A stretch of DNA of 63,914 bases, filler included, from Dirinaria sp. TL-2023a (GCA_051941275.1; 52 parts of 52 records of this genome joined end to end with filler, not necessarily neighbours in it), one strand, 5' to 3'; shown: positions 26,451 through 39,790, counted from the whole stretch's first letter. Notes: a model not told the origin generated them from the letters alone. Numbers and translations: made by a program.

Positions 26451-29400
26451 ATATCTCTTTGGTGATAGTTGCTTTTGGAGCTAGCTACGTCTCTGTGTAG
26501 AATAGCTGAATCTATTGTGTCGGTTGTCTATAAAATAACGTCCGTCCCCGTGTTGCGAGCCACCCTCCGTAGCGAGCCACTTTACGGGTACTTTGTCTTT
26601 TAAGCAACTCTGTCAGATGAATGATGTTCGACCCATCATAGTCTACAGCTGGATAAAGCGTGTTGTCTCATATCACATCCTATTAGAATTGTCAGAATTT
26701 GTTATGGCTGTAGATAGCATTCAAATAGATAGTATGAGCACAAGATCATAGAACTAACCCTGAGTAAGAAATTCAGTCTTTGTATCGAGGGAGCTCAGGT
26801 GCAGCCGAATAATGCGTACTGAAAAGAGAGAGATCTGTTGATGACTGTGATGACGAAACGCTGGGAGTCTTAAAGAGATGTGAATATTTACTCCGAAGTC
26901 AGTTGCTCACTGACTTTCGCGGTCGAGGGAAAGAAGTGACAAGAGACGATTGACAATCAGACGACGGCACGTTGGTTGAAAAAATAGATCGCAGTAAGAT
27001 TATCAGACACATATTTAATCTATCACTGACTTCTCAAAGCATCGTCAGAGCGTTTTGCTTGATTATACTTGTAGCTAGAACAGGACATCGCTCTCTTAAT
27101 ATATCTTTTCATGATTGCGAGAGGTTTATCTATTGTGGATGCAGCCTCCGATGCGGTCGTTTGCGGATGGCGGCCAATTGCGAATGTAAAGAACGCCATT
27201 TTCTGCTGTGGGTTTAGATCGATGCACATAACCTCAATTTTGAGAAGCATCCCTCAGCGAGTGCTCCCCCAAGAGCCACTGCGTGCCCGCTGAGGGATTA
27301 CTCGTTGGGAGAGCACTCCCTACAGACCAGAATTTGAGGGTCTGCGTCGAGAGTGCTTCTCTCCCTCNNNNNNNNNNNNNNNNNNNNNNNNNNNNNNNNN
27401 NNNNNNNNNNNTTAATTAATTAANNNNNNNNNNNNNNNNNNNNNNNNNNNNNNNNNNNNNNNNNNNNTCGAGGCTTCTTAGTCTTGTGAAGATATATTGA
27501 AAGCAATTCAAGACTCGACGAGATTTCATCACTTCTTGCAATACGTGCGTCTAAATCTGTGATTTCTGAGAGTATTTGCTTTCGAGATAAACGATTCACA
27601 TTCATAAAGCTGAAGTTTGAGATGATGAAGATTTGTAGAGGTTTAGAGAACTAGAATTGCGCGATATTAAATATATGACTTTACTTATTAGATTAGAGAT
27701 TGTTCTTAGCAGCAATAGAATGAACTTGCGCTAGAAAAATCAGATGTCAGACTCTGCTAAACTGCTCAGAAAAGTGTCATAGTGTAGCTCGGCCAACCGA
27801 AAGTACGTCTGTATGGCAATGATGGTGAAGGTGTGGCGGTGAAGTTGAATCTCATCATCATATCAAAATCTGATGATAATTTATCTAATTAGGTCTAGAG
27901 GCTGCGTCAAAAGGTTTAGTGTAGAGGATGTGACAATAGAAAGAGGGGTGTGACAATAGAAAAGAGGGAACGTGTGACAATAGAAAGAGAGGCGTGAACG
28001 TTAGCGAAAGCTTAAATATAGGGATTATTGTGCGGTCGCTATTGCGCGCGTTTCACCCGCTGTGTCAGAGCGCTGTACATCATTTTCCTGAATTCGTCTA
28101 GATTTGGGTCGGCTACGAACCTGTTGTTACTACGATATACAGCAGAGTCAAATGATCTCTCGACGCGAAGAGTCTGTCTCAAAGTGTTAATTACAAGAGA
28201 CACTGACATACGAAATCCATTCGACACGTTGTTGATCTGACTCGTACTCAGACTCGAAGCTGAAATTATTATTCAGTGAACGCGGTATCGTCTATACACG
28301 CGACAGAACATCCTTAAGCTCACATCTGCTCTGAGATCGTTACAGCTTCGGCGAGGGCGAAGCGGCGAGAGCGAAGGAATCTCTAGATCTCTACCTCACT
28401 CGTACTGAGACCCGAAGCAGTTACTGAGCGTGAAGATAGCTGTGAATGTGGTATCGTTCTAGAACTGAAGGAGATAAGAGCTTGGTTAGTAAGAGACGAC
28501 CGAACTACACTGCCGACGTGAGTGTAGCAGACGGAATCTCTTGCAAGACATGATCGGTCTGTCATAGCGACAGCTCTACAGATATCGCGAAACAGTAGCA
28601 TTCANNNNNNNNNNNNNNNNNNNNNNNNNNNNNNNNNNNNNNNNNNNNTTAATTAATTAANNNNNNNNNNNNNNNNNNNNNNNNNNNNNNNNNNNNNNNN
28701 NNNNAAAATCTGCACTGCGATCGAGAACGAATTATTAATTATCTCATGTACATACGAATTTTATGATACTAGCATTTAGAGCTAAATCATATTTGTTTTA
28801 GCGAGATTGAGAGAGTGATACGATTTTATCGTCTTGAAGTTACTTGACTGTAAAGTAAACAGATGCTCAGCAACGTCGTGTGATCTATTTCTTTCGATAT
28901 TAAGCTTTCTGCTCACTGTATATCGATAACATAAGATAATTAAAAAATCAAACTTTTATCTCTAGTCAATGAGTTTTATAAAAAAAACTACACTAGATCT
29001 AATTCGAAGTAAATTGATAAATATTACTAATAGTCTCAGAATCCCACGATGTGTGTGAATTTCAAATGTTCTCAAATCTCAAAATTGTGAATCTGTGCAG
29101 TGAATCATGAGTGTCTGACTTTCGCGTTCTTTTCAAAGTTCACTCATTTCTCATTCATATTTTCTTAGCTCTCATTCATTTTTGTCATCATTCGCAGCAT
29201 TCTTTTGTCTCGTTATTGTGTGCATCAATCATGTCAATCAATGTAAATGCTCGTCACGCAGACAGCTTCAATCGAAACGTTTTTTGATTCGAATTAAGTT
29301 TCAAAAATCTAACAGAAATGACGAACTTTTTAAAGTTCGATATGTTTGAGTTTTACTGAATCACGTATGTAAAAGACTTTCTGAAAGCAGATTAAAAGAC

Positions 29401-29763
29401 TTAAGCGAAGAAAAAACGTTCGCGTCTCAGAGACGCGAATTTTCGCAGTGTGATGAATCGAATCAATGAGAGCGAGAAAACTAATTTGATCAAATACTCT
29501 ATCAAAACTCTCAAAAAAAAGCGATGAGATGTCACAAATCACAAGACATTGCTGTTTCACGATCTAAAACGCGAAAATTCAATTACGATCACGAGTTTAC
29601 TTTATGATAAAGATTATTCAGAATCGAAGTGTGATCTCATTATCTGAAATCTGATCGAATATGCGATCGAAAAAGCAGTCTTCTCAAAACAAAATCGAAA
29701 AAAAGACAAACAAACTAAAATCATCGATTTTTCGAGCTCGATAATGTCTTCTCACATCAAAAA

Positions 29764-29841
29764 TGTTACGACCCTGGAACACCTAAGTAGTAAGATAGGC
29801 ACCAAGTCCCTTGACTTGGTTTAGTTAGTCTTTTGGCGCTG
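29764..29841 (+). mobile_element. 130-bp LTR family, partial copy
   Basis: TGTTACGACCCTGGAACACC start shared with 33231, 40866 (-) and 47783. Confidence 0.9.
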
Positions 29842-30104
29842 NNNNNNNNNNNNNNNNNNNNNNNNNNNNNNNNNNNNNNNNNNNNTTAATTAATTAANNN
29901 NNNNNNNNNNNNNNNNNNNNNNNNNNNNNNNNNNNNNNNNNCGATTCAACTCATCTTATTTAAGTTGAGTTTCTAGATGAAAAACTCAACTCATAACTCA
30001 ATTCAACCCAATTCACGCAGAAGTTAAATTGGGTTAATCCAATTCATTCCGCGGAGTAGTTACTTATGTCGAAAATCGATTCGACAAAAAAAACAGAAAT
30101 ATTA

Positions 30105-31077
30105 TGTTACGACCCTGGTCTAACATCTAGGGTTAGTGGAGGGTTAGTCTTTATCAGTGAACCCTGAGTGTGATCAGTACTGAGCAAGAGGGCTTGACAT
30201 TGAGCAGTGCTCAGTTGATTAATAATGATCAATGCACTGAGCAACTGAGCAGAACTGAGCAGTCAGAACTTGATTTCCTGAACATTGTGTATATAAAGCT
30301 TCAACACGACGCTTTTCTGACATCGTGTTCAACATCTTTGTAATAATCGTTTACTACTCAGAGTAACTTATATTTTATTGTGATACTTGCTTTATCACGT
30401 TGACACTCGTTGTTCTAAGACTTGAATCTCTTTAAATAGATCAAACTTTAACATCTTATATTAGATATCTGAAACTTTAGATTGATAATAGAAAACGCAA
30501 CAACATTGAACACTTTTAAAAATGTCTGTCTTAAAACAACGTAACTTTGTTTCAAACATCACTGACTCAGCAATTTCTCGCGACTCAATCAACAATAAAC
30601 GTAACGACGACGACAAAATTAAAATCAACAAATCTGACGTTTATGAAGACGAGAGAAAAGAACTCAACGATTGATTTTTACAAATGAAATTATATTTTGT
30701 ATTTAATTCAGTACTCAGCGATCAAAAAACGATTTTCGCTTCAATATTTCTTCGAGGAAAAACACAACACTGAATCAAATTCAAATTTCGAACACGACTC
30801 GATGATGAAAAAAACATCGACGATAAAATGTTTGCAAATTTTAGCAACTTCAAGACGATTATACGAAAAATTTTCGAAATTTTTAACGAGAAAATCATCG
30901 TCGAACGAGTTGTACAGCATTTTAAACAAACTAAATCAGCTTCGAACTGTGCGACTAAATTTCAGAAATATGCGAAACTCATCGACTGAGATCATAACGT
31001 TTTGCAAATTATGTTCAAACGTAAATTAAAAAATACGATCAAGAACGAATTGATGCGCGACGAACGAGAATACAATT
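30105..31077 (+). mobile_element. Ty3/Gypsy 5' LTR (30105-30453) and gag (from 30522), degraded
   Basis: TGTTAC...TAACA LTR; KINKSDVYEDERKELND*FLQMKLYF, FLRGKTQH*, FKQTKSASNCATKFQ retrotransposon gag motifs. Confidence 0.9.
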
Positions 31078-31564
31078 NNNNNNNNNNNNNNNNNNNNNNN
31101 NNNNNNNNNNNNNNNNNNNNNTTAATTAATTAANNNNNNNNNNNNNNNNNNNNNNNNNNNNNNNNNNNNNNNNNNNNCACGACGACGCTCATGACGACGA
31201 CACAAAAGACAAGTGATTCGATAAAAAGAAGTCAAAGAGGTTTAGAAAGTTTTGTTTTTACGAAAATCCGACTTTTTGAAGTAAATTCTGAGTTCTTGAT
31301 ACGTAAAATTTCATTCGCCGTGAATTATTCAAATTTCTTCACTCATCTCGTTAAGAGCTGACTTGAACGACTTTCGCGCATGACTAACATCAAGAACTCG
31401 AGCGCTTCAGTAACTCTTGCTGTCACATAGCACTCTCAGCGACTGCAAAAAAGTTATTCTCTAATAGTATCTCATAGCGTCGAAAAAAGAACGAAAAATC
31501 TCATCAATTGAGCTCAGTGATGATGCACATTCTCATAATAGAGTCAAGAAAAAATTTCAAATTC

Positions 31565-31830
31565 CAGTCTTACGCTGATTTGATCATCGACATCTGTATT
31601 TCGATGGTGCCAGTCATTGCTGTGTTCAAACTTCATGTGCCGTTGCGTCAGAAATTTGGAGTGGACATTGTACTCATGAGCGACATATTGAACACGCTAC
31701 CCGCTCACAGACTGATTGCGCTCGTTAAACACCTAGATCTCAGCGCTTGCCTAGGCTTTTTTTTTTTACTCAGCATTGTATACCGGGTAAAGCTCAACCG
31801 GACCAAGGATTGTAATTCACGTAACGTAGC
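31565..31830 (+). pseudogene. PTH11-like/rhodopsin-domain membrane protein remnant
   Basis: DLIIDICISMVPVIAVFKLHVPLRQKFGV resembles the D..I..LP..V..L....K.GV signature. Confidence 0.5.
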
Positions 31831-32412
31831 AATCTAACACATATCTCAAAACTTGCTTCGTACCTACCTTCTCCAAGATGAAAAATCAAGAATTCAATCA
31901 CACACACGATACTCGCGAAGCTTCATTTAGCTCTTCTCGAGCCTGCATGCACAAAGCCCATGAAACCCGCTAAACAGCGCCATCTGAACATTCCTCCTCG
32001 AACATTTCAAAATATCTAATAAAATCCATCTGATCATGATATATCTGTGATGCTGCTTTCTCAGGAAAGGTGTTGCAGGAATCGAGCCCATGGCGCGGTT
32101 CATACAAGTTACAAGAAGGAGAGAGGGGTGTAAAAGTATTTGAGGGGAGCTGCTGAATAGGCTCTGCAGAGCTCAATTGAGTACTGATATATATCAAATA
32201 ATTAAACATAAAAAAAAAAAAAAGAAAAAAAAAAAAACCAAAAACTAGATTCCGAAGGAAGAAAAGAGCCTTCCCTTAAGTACACCAACGTCCAACCGGT
32301 AGGTCCCGGTGCNNNNNNNNNNNNNNNNNNNNNNNNNNNNNNNNNNNNNNNNNNNNTTAATTAATTAANNNNNNNNNNNNNNNNNNNNNNNNNNNNNNNN
32401 NNNNNNNNNNNN

Positions 32413-33230
32413 CAATTATCTCGAATCGCGAACGTCAATTTATCGCTCATTTTTGACGTCGTTTGTGTGCACGTCTGAGAACGACTCTCAAATTTTCAAC
32501 AGCGTTTCATTCGAAGACTGATGAACAGATCGAAAATGTCAACGCTGTTCTCAAACAAGATTTTCGAGTTTATGTCAATCATACGCAAAACAATTGAGTC
32601 GATCATTTCGTCATCGTCGAGTTTGAGATCAACAGTCATCAGAGTGAATTCACGAGTGTTGTTTCGTTTCTCGTTATCAAAGATTATCTTTCAAAATCGA
32701 ATCTCAAATCAGTCACATCGTTTTCAGAAAACGCAACATCGCTGATTCGAAAAGAGATGCGTCGTGTCAACGTGTACGTTAAAAACCTCTTCGAATTTCG
32801 AGAGTTTTTTTAAGATCAGTTTCGATGAGCTCAAATTAAACGAATCGAGTACGTTAACAATCATCGAAAAATCGTCTCTGAATTTAAAATTGACGACATG
32901 ATCATGCTCGATAAACGAAACATCGAAATCACGCGTTCGAGTCATTTTTTGAATTATAAAAATCTCGATTCGTTCAAAATCATTGAGATCATTGATAACA
33001 ATAACGCATACAGACTCGAATTGCTCGAATCGATGTCGACAATTCACTCAGTGTTTCATTTTTGATTTCTTTATTTGAATTTCAGTCACTCGTTACGAGA
33101 ACAGCGTCGTCAACTCTCGTCGTCGATACATATCTCGAGTTATACATATCACGACGCTCTCGTCATAGTGAATTCGCGCATGAACATGCGAAAAAAAGAC
33201 TCTAAATCGAACTTTACGCGATCGACAGAA
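32413..33230 (+). mobile_element. Ty3/Gypsy integrase core and C-terminus, heavily mutated
   Basis: IISNRERQFIAHF*RRLC, STAFHSKTDEQIENVN (from SDRGxQF, STAFHPETDGQTE), YRLEL...IHSVFH. Confidence 0.9.
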
Positions 33231-33488
33231 TGTTACGACCCTGGAACACCTAAGTAGTAAGATAGGCACCAAGTCCTTTGACTTGATTTAGTTAGTCTTT
33301 TGGCGCTGCCGGGACTTTTACCATTGGGAAACCTATCTAATCAAGGTTGGGTCTTTGACATTAAACCAAGTCGACACGGTCGCAAGGTTCTGAGTTCGAT
33401 TCTCAGCCCGGACGCTTGAAGGGTTTTCGGGTTTCGGCGAGGACTTGTGGCTGAGAGCTTGTCTAAGCTCGGGGCGACTACTGTTCCC
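33231..33488 (+). mobile_element. 130-bp LTR (33231-33360) plus leader with self-complementary PBS and T-arm-like hairpin
   Basis: TGTTACGACCC...GGGTCTTTGACA; leader matches reverse complement of about 40620-40736. Confidence 0.85.
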
Positions 33489-34093
33489 TGTCAACAACAC
33501 TTTAGACTCCCTCTGAAACCCCGCGCGCCATGACTCGCTCTGGTNNNNNNNNNNNNNNNNNNNNNNNNNNNNNNNNNNNNNNNNNNNNTTAATTAATTAA
33601 NNNNNNNNNNNNNNNNNNNNNNNNNNNNNNNNNNNNNNNNNNNNCAGCTTTACTTTTACTCTACTTTAGATATCTAATCTAATCGCAGAAGGTAGATGAG
33701 TAGTAGTTGCTTGCTTGCTTGGTACATAGTAGCTCTTTTATTCGTCGTCGCTCTTTAATCTTTCTGAAACATCTAACTTTGATACATATATATACAAATG
33801 ATGACTTTTCAAAACAGCTAGTCCCAGATGAGGAGGCGTCAAAAGCAGGGCACTGGACCTCACCTTTCGATGTGGGGTCGTGGTGCGTTTTACTTTAGGT
33901 ATGTATTAAAATAACTAAACATCAAGTAACGAAAGGCGCCAATTACCAGCGGTTGTAACGATTGGATACTTCATCGCATTAAATCCACGCTCTGCGTGTG
34001 CTCATAGACGGACGGATGCAATGTAGACCGACCCTCAAGGTCTCCTTGGCCTGCCAAGTCGTACTCAATATCAACCAGCTCCTCCTCCTCCAT

Positions 34094-34487
34094 CTAAGCC
34101 CTGAACTTCTGACCAACAGTGCCGTGGCAGGAAGTGTTGTCCTGTGCATTCATCGCCTTCGCGGCGCCAGTCGGAGCAGCCGCGCCCGGAGCTGCTGCAG
34201 ATTCCGTGCTACCAAGGGCTTTGGCTGCGTTGTTATTCGGGGTTGCGTTGCCGAAGCCGCAACCCTGTCGTTCCTGGGAGACTATGGCGCCCTCGCACTT
34301 CCCACTTGTGAAGCCGCAACAGCCAGACGCACAGTCGGCATCGCTTTGGCATGCGCCGGTGATGAATTGGGTTCCGGCGCCAGCGGCGAGGAGGTAGACT
34401 AAGGAGGTTAATTATTGTACACTGGGGTAGTAGAAGTCGAGGCTCACAGGTTGAGAAAAGGAAAGCGGTCAGCGGAAAGAATTTCAT
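34094..34487 (-). CDS. Small secreted Cys-rich protein, BAS2 (biotrophy-associated secreted protein 2)-like, 114 aa; intron 34399-34447
   Basis: Spliced product MKFFPLTAFLFSTFYLLAAGAGTQFITGACQSDADCASGCCGFTSGKCEGAIVSQERQGCGFG...KFRA*; GTGAGC..TAG intron; signal peptide. Confidence 0.85.
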
Positions 34488-34875
34488 ATTGAAACACGAA
34501 TTAAAGATATGGATAGGTTTTGAGGGTCTAATTTAGAGGCGATAAAGAAAATAGATGTCGAAGCCAGCGACCTTAAAGGGTATTCAGAGAGAGTGCCTTG
34601 TAATGGAAAGAAAAAAGAACTGGAAAGGACTGTTGGAATGGAAAGGACATGATAACGCTCTTAGAGACCATTTAAATATCGAAATGGAAGTGCCACCAGC
34701 ATATCCGCATAATCACCCTAAGACAGCGTTAAAATTATTCCAAATACAAGGATTTCAAAAACATTCATGCGATGGNNNNNNNNNNNNNNNNNNNNNNNNN
34801 NNNNNNNNNNNNNNNNNNNTTAATTAATTAANNNNNNNNNNNNNNNNNNNNNNNNNNNNNNNNNNNNNNNNNNNN

Positions 34876-35068
34876 CACAATGCTCTATAAGCGTCAATCG
34901 CTCACTGACTTCTAGTTAGCCTCGAGATTCAACCTTCCGACGCTGACTCCTAGACGGCGCTAGCCATGCTTCAGACCCCGAAGGATTGCCCCTGGGCACC
35001 CCCGGCTGCCAAGCGGCGCTAGTCTGCATTGGTCAATATATATCAATGTATCAGGTATCACTGTTACA
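34876..35068 (+). mobile_element. LTR 3' part (family of 62082-62493)
   Basis: Ends TGTTACA; reverse-complement match to 62082-62274. Confidence 0.85.
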
Positions 35069-36121
35069 CAACTTCAATCACAACACTATTTGAACTTTTC
35101 AAATATCTCAACTGCTATCGCAAACGCTGATATCTCATTCAAGATTTCAGTCGCAATCAAAGACTCTATTAAGAGCGACGACATGCATCTGTTTCGCGAC
35201 ATTTAGTCTGTCGTCAGTCTCATCTCAAACTCATTTCAGTTTCATTATTTTATTCTTTTGTGTCAGTTGTGCGACAGACTGTAATCTCATTTGAATCTCA
35301 TCTCAGATACTAAGCTGAGACTACATATCAAACTCACTTTAGTTTCATTACAACTTCATTTATCAGCTCTGATTCAGCTACATCTCTAGCAAATCTGTAT
35401 GGGAAAAGACTATATCACAGCTAAACAAGATTCAAATTTGAACTCGAAATGAAACAAAAATGAGATTAACACACTCTGGATTGACAAACATCATAAAATC
35501 ATTACTAGTCGATAAGTGATTTAGTGAGCATAGACTCAACACTGATAAAGAAGATCATTCGCGATGCAAAAATTGCTTGAGAATATTCAACTAGCGACAG
35601 CGATATCGATTTCAAAACGAATCTTATCATCAAACGCGCTATGTCTAGAAAAAATATCATCAGATTTCTCAGTTTTAGAATCGACTGTGAATTAGTTGAC
35701 AATGATTACAGAGTCTCACGTTTCAAGATATCATCAAATATCAGATCTGAAGAAAGAACGTTCGTGAAAGTAGACTTTAAGCTGTATGACGATCAGAACG
35801 ATTATGTATCAATTAACTATTTTTTGTCTGACTTTCATGTCTCGCGAATAATCGAGAAAGAAACGACATCAACGATCACACACTCTGCGGACTTCATCGC
35901 AGAAGACAAGTCTAAATGATCGCGAAAAAACAAGAGAGAGATCGCAAAAATGATCATTTTCGAAGTATGATACTACGTACAACACGAAGAATACACCTTC
36001 GTCGACNNNNNNNNNNNNNNNNNNNNNNNNNNNNNNNNNNNNNNNNNNNNTTAATTAATTAANNNNNNNNNNNNNNNNNNNNNNNNNNNNNNNNNNNNNN
36101 NNNNNNCTCTCCCCCCAATAG

Positions 36122-36606
36122 CTCTTCGAAAATAAAATCGACCACACGACCTACTTCGGCGCCAACCACGAATACATCCAAGGCATCCACATGCTGCCGC
36201 TGTTGCCCCCTTCCGCACTGACACGCACCCCGCGCTTCGTGGCCGAGGAGTGGGACACGTATTTCAACGATTCCTGCACCACGCCGGCGTCGGACGTGCA
36301 AGGCGGGTGGAAGGGCGTTCTGTATGCGAACCTGGCCCTAGTGGATCCGAGGGCCGCGTGGCGGTTCTTCAGTCAGGAGCGGTTTGATCCCGGGTGGATT
36401 GATGGCGGGGCGAGTCGGACTTGGTATTTGGCTTGGTGCGCTGGTGAGTTGCTTTTTTTTTTTTTTTTCCTTGAGTGCAAGAGGGGAGGGGTTTGGGGGC
36501 AGACTTTTTCTTTTTCGCCCCTGACGGGGGAGGGCGCGTGGTGGGAGTTATAAGATCGAGGCTAATGGGTTTGCGAATTTTTCTAGGTCTTGGAGGCGCG
36601 GATTAA
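36122..36606 (+). CDS. Endo-1,3-beta-glucanase GH81, C-terminal exons (intron 36444-36586)
   Basis: LFENKIDHTTYFG..EYIQGIHMLP, EEW, GGWKGVLYAN, DGGASRTWYL; GTGAGT donor, GCTAAT branch, TAG acceptor, ends GLGGAD*. Confidence 0.92.
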
Positions 36607-36897
36607 AGGTGCATGGGCATGATTTGGATTCGATCTTGTCAGTATGCAAATTGCTGCGAAGGGTAAGATATATAAGTAAAGGTAAGTAGATAAAAGTGGT
36701 AATTCCCCCCCCCCGGCACGTTCCTATAATCTTGTTTGAGGGGAATGCAAGAATAGTCTTGGGCACATTTGGAGGAGAAGAATAGGAAGCAAGGCGCAAT
36801 ATCATCAAGAACACTGTACTATTTTAGCTCTTGAATTTATCAAATATAAAAAATCAAAAAGCTGGTTTTTATCGACCTTCTTCTACCTTAATATGTA

Positions 36898-37236
36898 TCA
36901 AACCACCGGCCTCTCCATAGCCCCAATCACGGCCCCCCGCTTCACCAACACCCTCGGCATCGTCATGCCCCCGAAAGTCTCCTTAGTCGTCCACTCCGGG
37001 CCCAGGGGCAGCCTCAGACTGCGCTCGTACTGCGCCCGCGTCTCGAAGGGATGCGGCACGCTGCCCACCAGGTACTTGACGCTCTTCTTCGCCCGCGCCG
37101 CCCCTTCATGAATGATCACCCGATCTAGGTTCGCATCCTTGCGTTGCGAGGGTTTGACTATGCCCGGTTGGGTGGTCGTGAAGCGCTGTTTTTGGCCTTT
37201 TTTGGAAGGTTTGATTCCCTCGCCCACCCAGGATCC
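36898..37236 (-). CDS. UTP14: U3 snoRNA-associated protein 14, C-terminus
   Basis: GSWVGEG, RKDANLDRVII, KYLV..VPHPFETRAQYERSLRLPLGPEW. Confidence 0.93.
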   Translation of the reverse strand, partial: GSWVGEGIKPSKKGQKQRFTTTQPGIVKPSQRKDANLDRVIIHEGAARAKKSVKYLVGSVPHPFETRAQYERSLRLPLGPEWTTKETFGGMTMPRVLVKRGAVIGAMERPVV

Positions 37237-39790
37237 NNNNNNNNNNNNNNNNNNNNNNNNNNNNNNNNNNNNNNNNNNNNTTAATTAATTAANNNNNNNN
37301 NNNNNNNNNNNNNNNNNNNNNNNNNNNNNNNNNNNNAAATTTAAGTTCTACGATCCAGCTCAACATCATTGATCGCTATTTGCTATCTAATTGCCGATCA
37401 ATCCATCGATGGCGGGCAAACGCAGAGAAAAACAGAGATGACAAAACTTTTCCGACACCCTTGGCCTCCTGCCTCTGATGCTGTAAGAGCTTCACTAAAG
37501 CAAATCGAATCTTCCCTCCACCGCCCCCGCTTTGCCCTTTACCTCCAGATCAGTTAATCAATCGGAACCAAAGGTTTACCGGTTACCCAGCTTCATCGAT
37601 TGTTCAGACACACACTCTCCATCACACTGCGTTGTATCTGCGCCGTTCCCATCAAGGTTAGACAATTCGAAGCTTATTTCATGTATCGAAACGGATTCTA
37701 GAGCGAGTTCTCGCAAGGGCGGTTTTTTTTAATTTGGGTTTGACTTACGCAAGATCATAGAATTGAATTGATATAAAAGAGATATCGAAGTTTCTACCTC
37801 AACCAGCTAAAATTCTCTTCACCACGTTCGTTGTAAAGACCGCTTTATCCACCAAAATCAGGAATCTTCTTAGAAAGATAGGACTTGTAGATTGATCATG
37901 TATCAACATAATAACTTCCTAGCACATGTTAATGAAAAAATCTCAAAGAAATACATCCTAACGCTTCGCATGAGTGAAAAAGTACGTCTTCGAGGATTTG
38001 CATAGAAATAGTGGTATTGCTGGCTGCTCTCAGGGGGGTTGGAAGGGATTTGAGAATGGATGGATGGATGGTGTTTAATGGGTGGCACGAGCAGTCGAGT
38101 TTTGATATGGTGTTGTAAGACTGAGAATTCCACTACCACTACTAAGAAATTGCCAAGTATAGATTGACGAAAGTGGTTAGACTGTAGAATAGTCAGCAGA
38201 CTTCGGGTAGAGTATTTACTGCCCACAAAAGTTCTTCGAACTATTTAGGCAATTGAGCACGCTTAATTTACCTCTAAATCATCATAATCTGACAGCTTCA
38301 GTGGCTTTTGAATATTGTGTGGAGGAAGGTTTTGCGATTTGCGCTTTCTTCGAAGGAGACAGTTTTTTTTTTGGTTTGTAATTTTTACAGTGATTCTCTT
38401 GCCCATGTTTGATCGATATAAGCATTGATCTCCCCTCAGAAAGATCTTGAGACGAGATAGACGNNNNNNNNNNNNNNNNNNNNNNNNNNNNNNNNNNNNN
38501 NNNNNNNTTAATTAATTAANNNNNNNNNNNNNNNNNNNNNNNNNNNNNNNNNNNNNNNNNNNNGTGGCGTTGGTGACCGGTTGGGAGGGCGGAGATGTGG
38601 GGCTCTGGTCTGGGAGCGGCATAGCGGATAGAGTCGTTGAGGACATGGCGGTGCTGGAATTCATTGGATGCTGTTTTCGAGTTGGATATAAGGGGACGAT
38701 TTTAGCTCGGACTAGATTCCATGGAAGTAAGGTAAGTTAGGTGGTTCCTGATCAATAACTTTCAGTCATTTGCGAAAAAACACTCGAAATTCCTTTTTGC
38801 ATTGTTGCCGCCGCACTTGATAGCGGGTTCGGATCCCCAAACGCAGGATTGCGTCAAGCATCTCTTCAGGATTGTGAGGTACAATAAGGTATGTAAGGTC
38901 GGTCTTAGGGCGATCCATGTTCGTGGCCTATAAGAAGCGAGAAACTGGCCACGAGCTGAAGATCGGGACATCCAAGGGGGGCACCAGCTGCTGCCAAGAA
39001 TACAGAAATCTGCCTCGGCCTCACCCTTCTTTGGGCCTCGGGTGAGCGCCGCCTTAACGACGCGTGACCTGGGTGATCTTTGCCCGACCATGGATAATTC
39101 TGGGTGATCCTGGGTGATCCTGGGTGATCCTGAGTGGCTGCGCCCCTCTTAAGGTTGAGCTGCTGCCTGATTCCCCTCTTGTCCAGGTCAGCATTCTTGA
39201 GGGCAGTGGATTCCGGAATGACCGTCTAGCGCGGACGAGCCCACTAGAAAAGCGGCGACGATAAAAACGAACATCTACGATCTCTAAACCTTTTTCGTTG
39301 ATCTTTTCTTCAACAAACTATAATTATTTGTTTTCTCATTCTCTTTCCTTTTCCCTCCCTCTTCGCTTATACAGGTCACGTAGCCATCGGCTCCTTCTAA
39401 AGCGGGTCTATTTAAATCTTATTATTTACATTTATAAGCGACGACGTTCGCAAATACGCTTATCTCTTCTGAAGAGATCTGAAGCGAGTAATAATTAAAC
39501 ATCCTCGGTCGAACATCGATTAGTCAGATCAAAGACTTTAATTACTACTGATATAATATATGTTTGATCTCGAAAAACCTTAGAAGGTCGTGATATCCAA
39601 ATCCGAATCTAAATTTTTCGAAGCGTAACTTGTTTTTATATTGTATCGCTTGATCTTATTAATAATAATAACGAGTGCGCTACTTATTACNNNNNNNNNN
39701 NNNNNNNNNNNNNNNNNNNNNNNNNNNNNNNNNNTTAATTAATTAANNNNNNNNNNNNNNNNNNNNNNNNNNNNNNNNNNNNNNNNNNNN

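Noticed and set aside
27468..27808. Possible Fot1-like terminus (ACGT end) with downstream ORF on the minus strand
   Set aside because: No TA target site or transposase motif visible
33300..33415. Complete tRNA gene
   Set aside because: Only a T-arm-like hairpin; no acceptor stem, D arm or anticodon arm could be built
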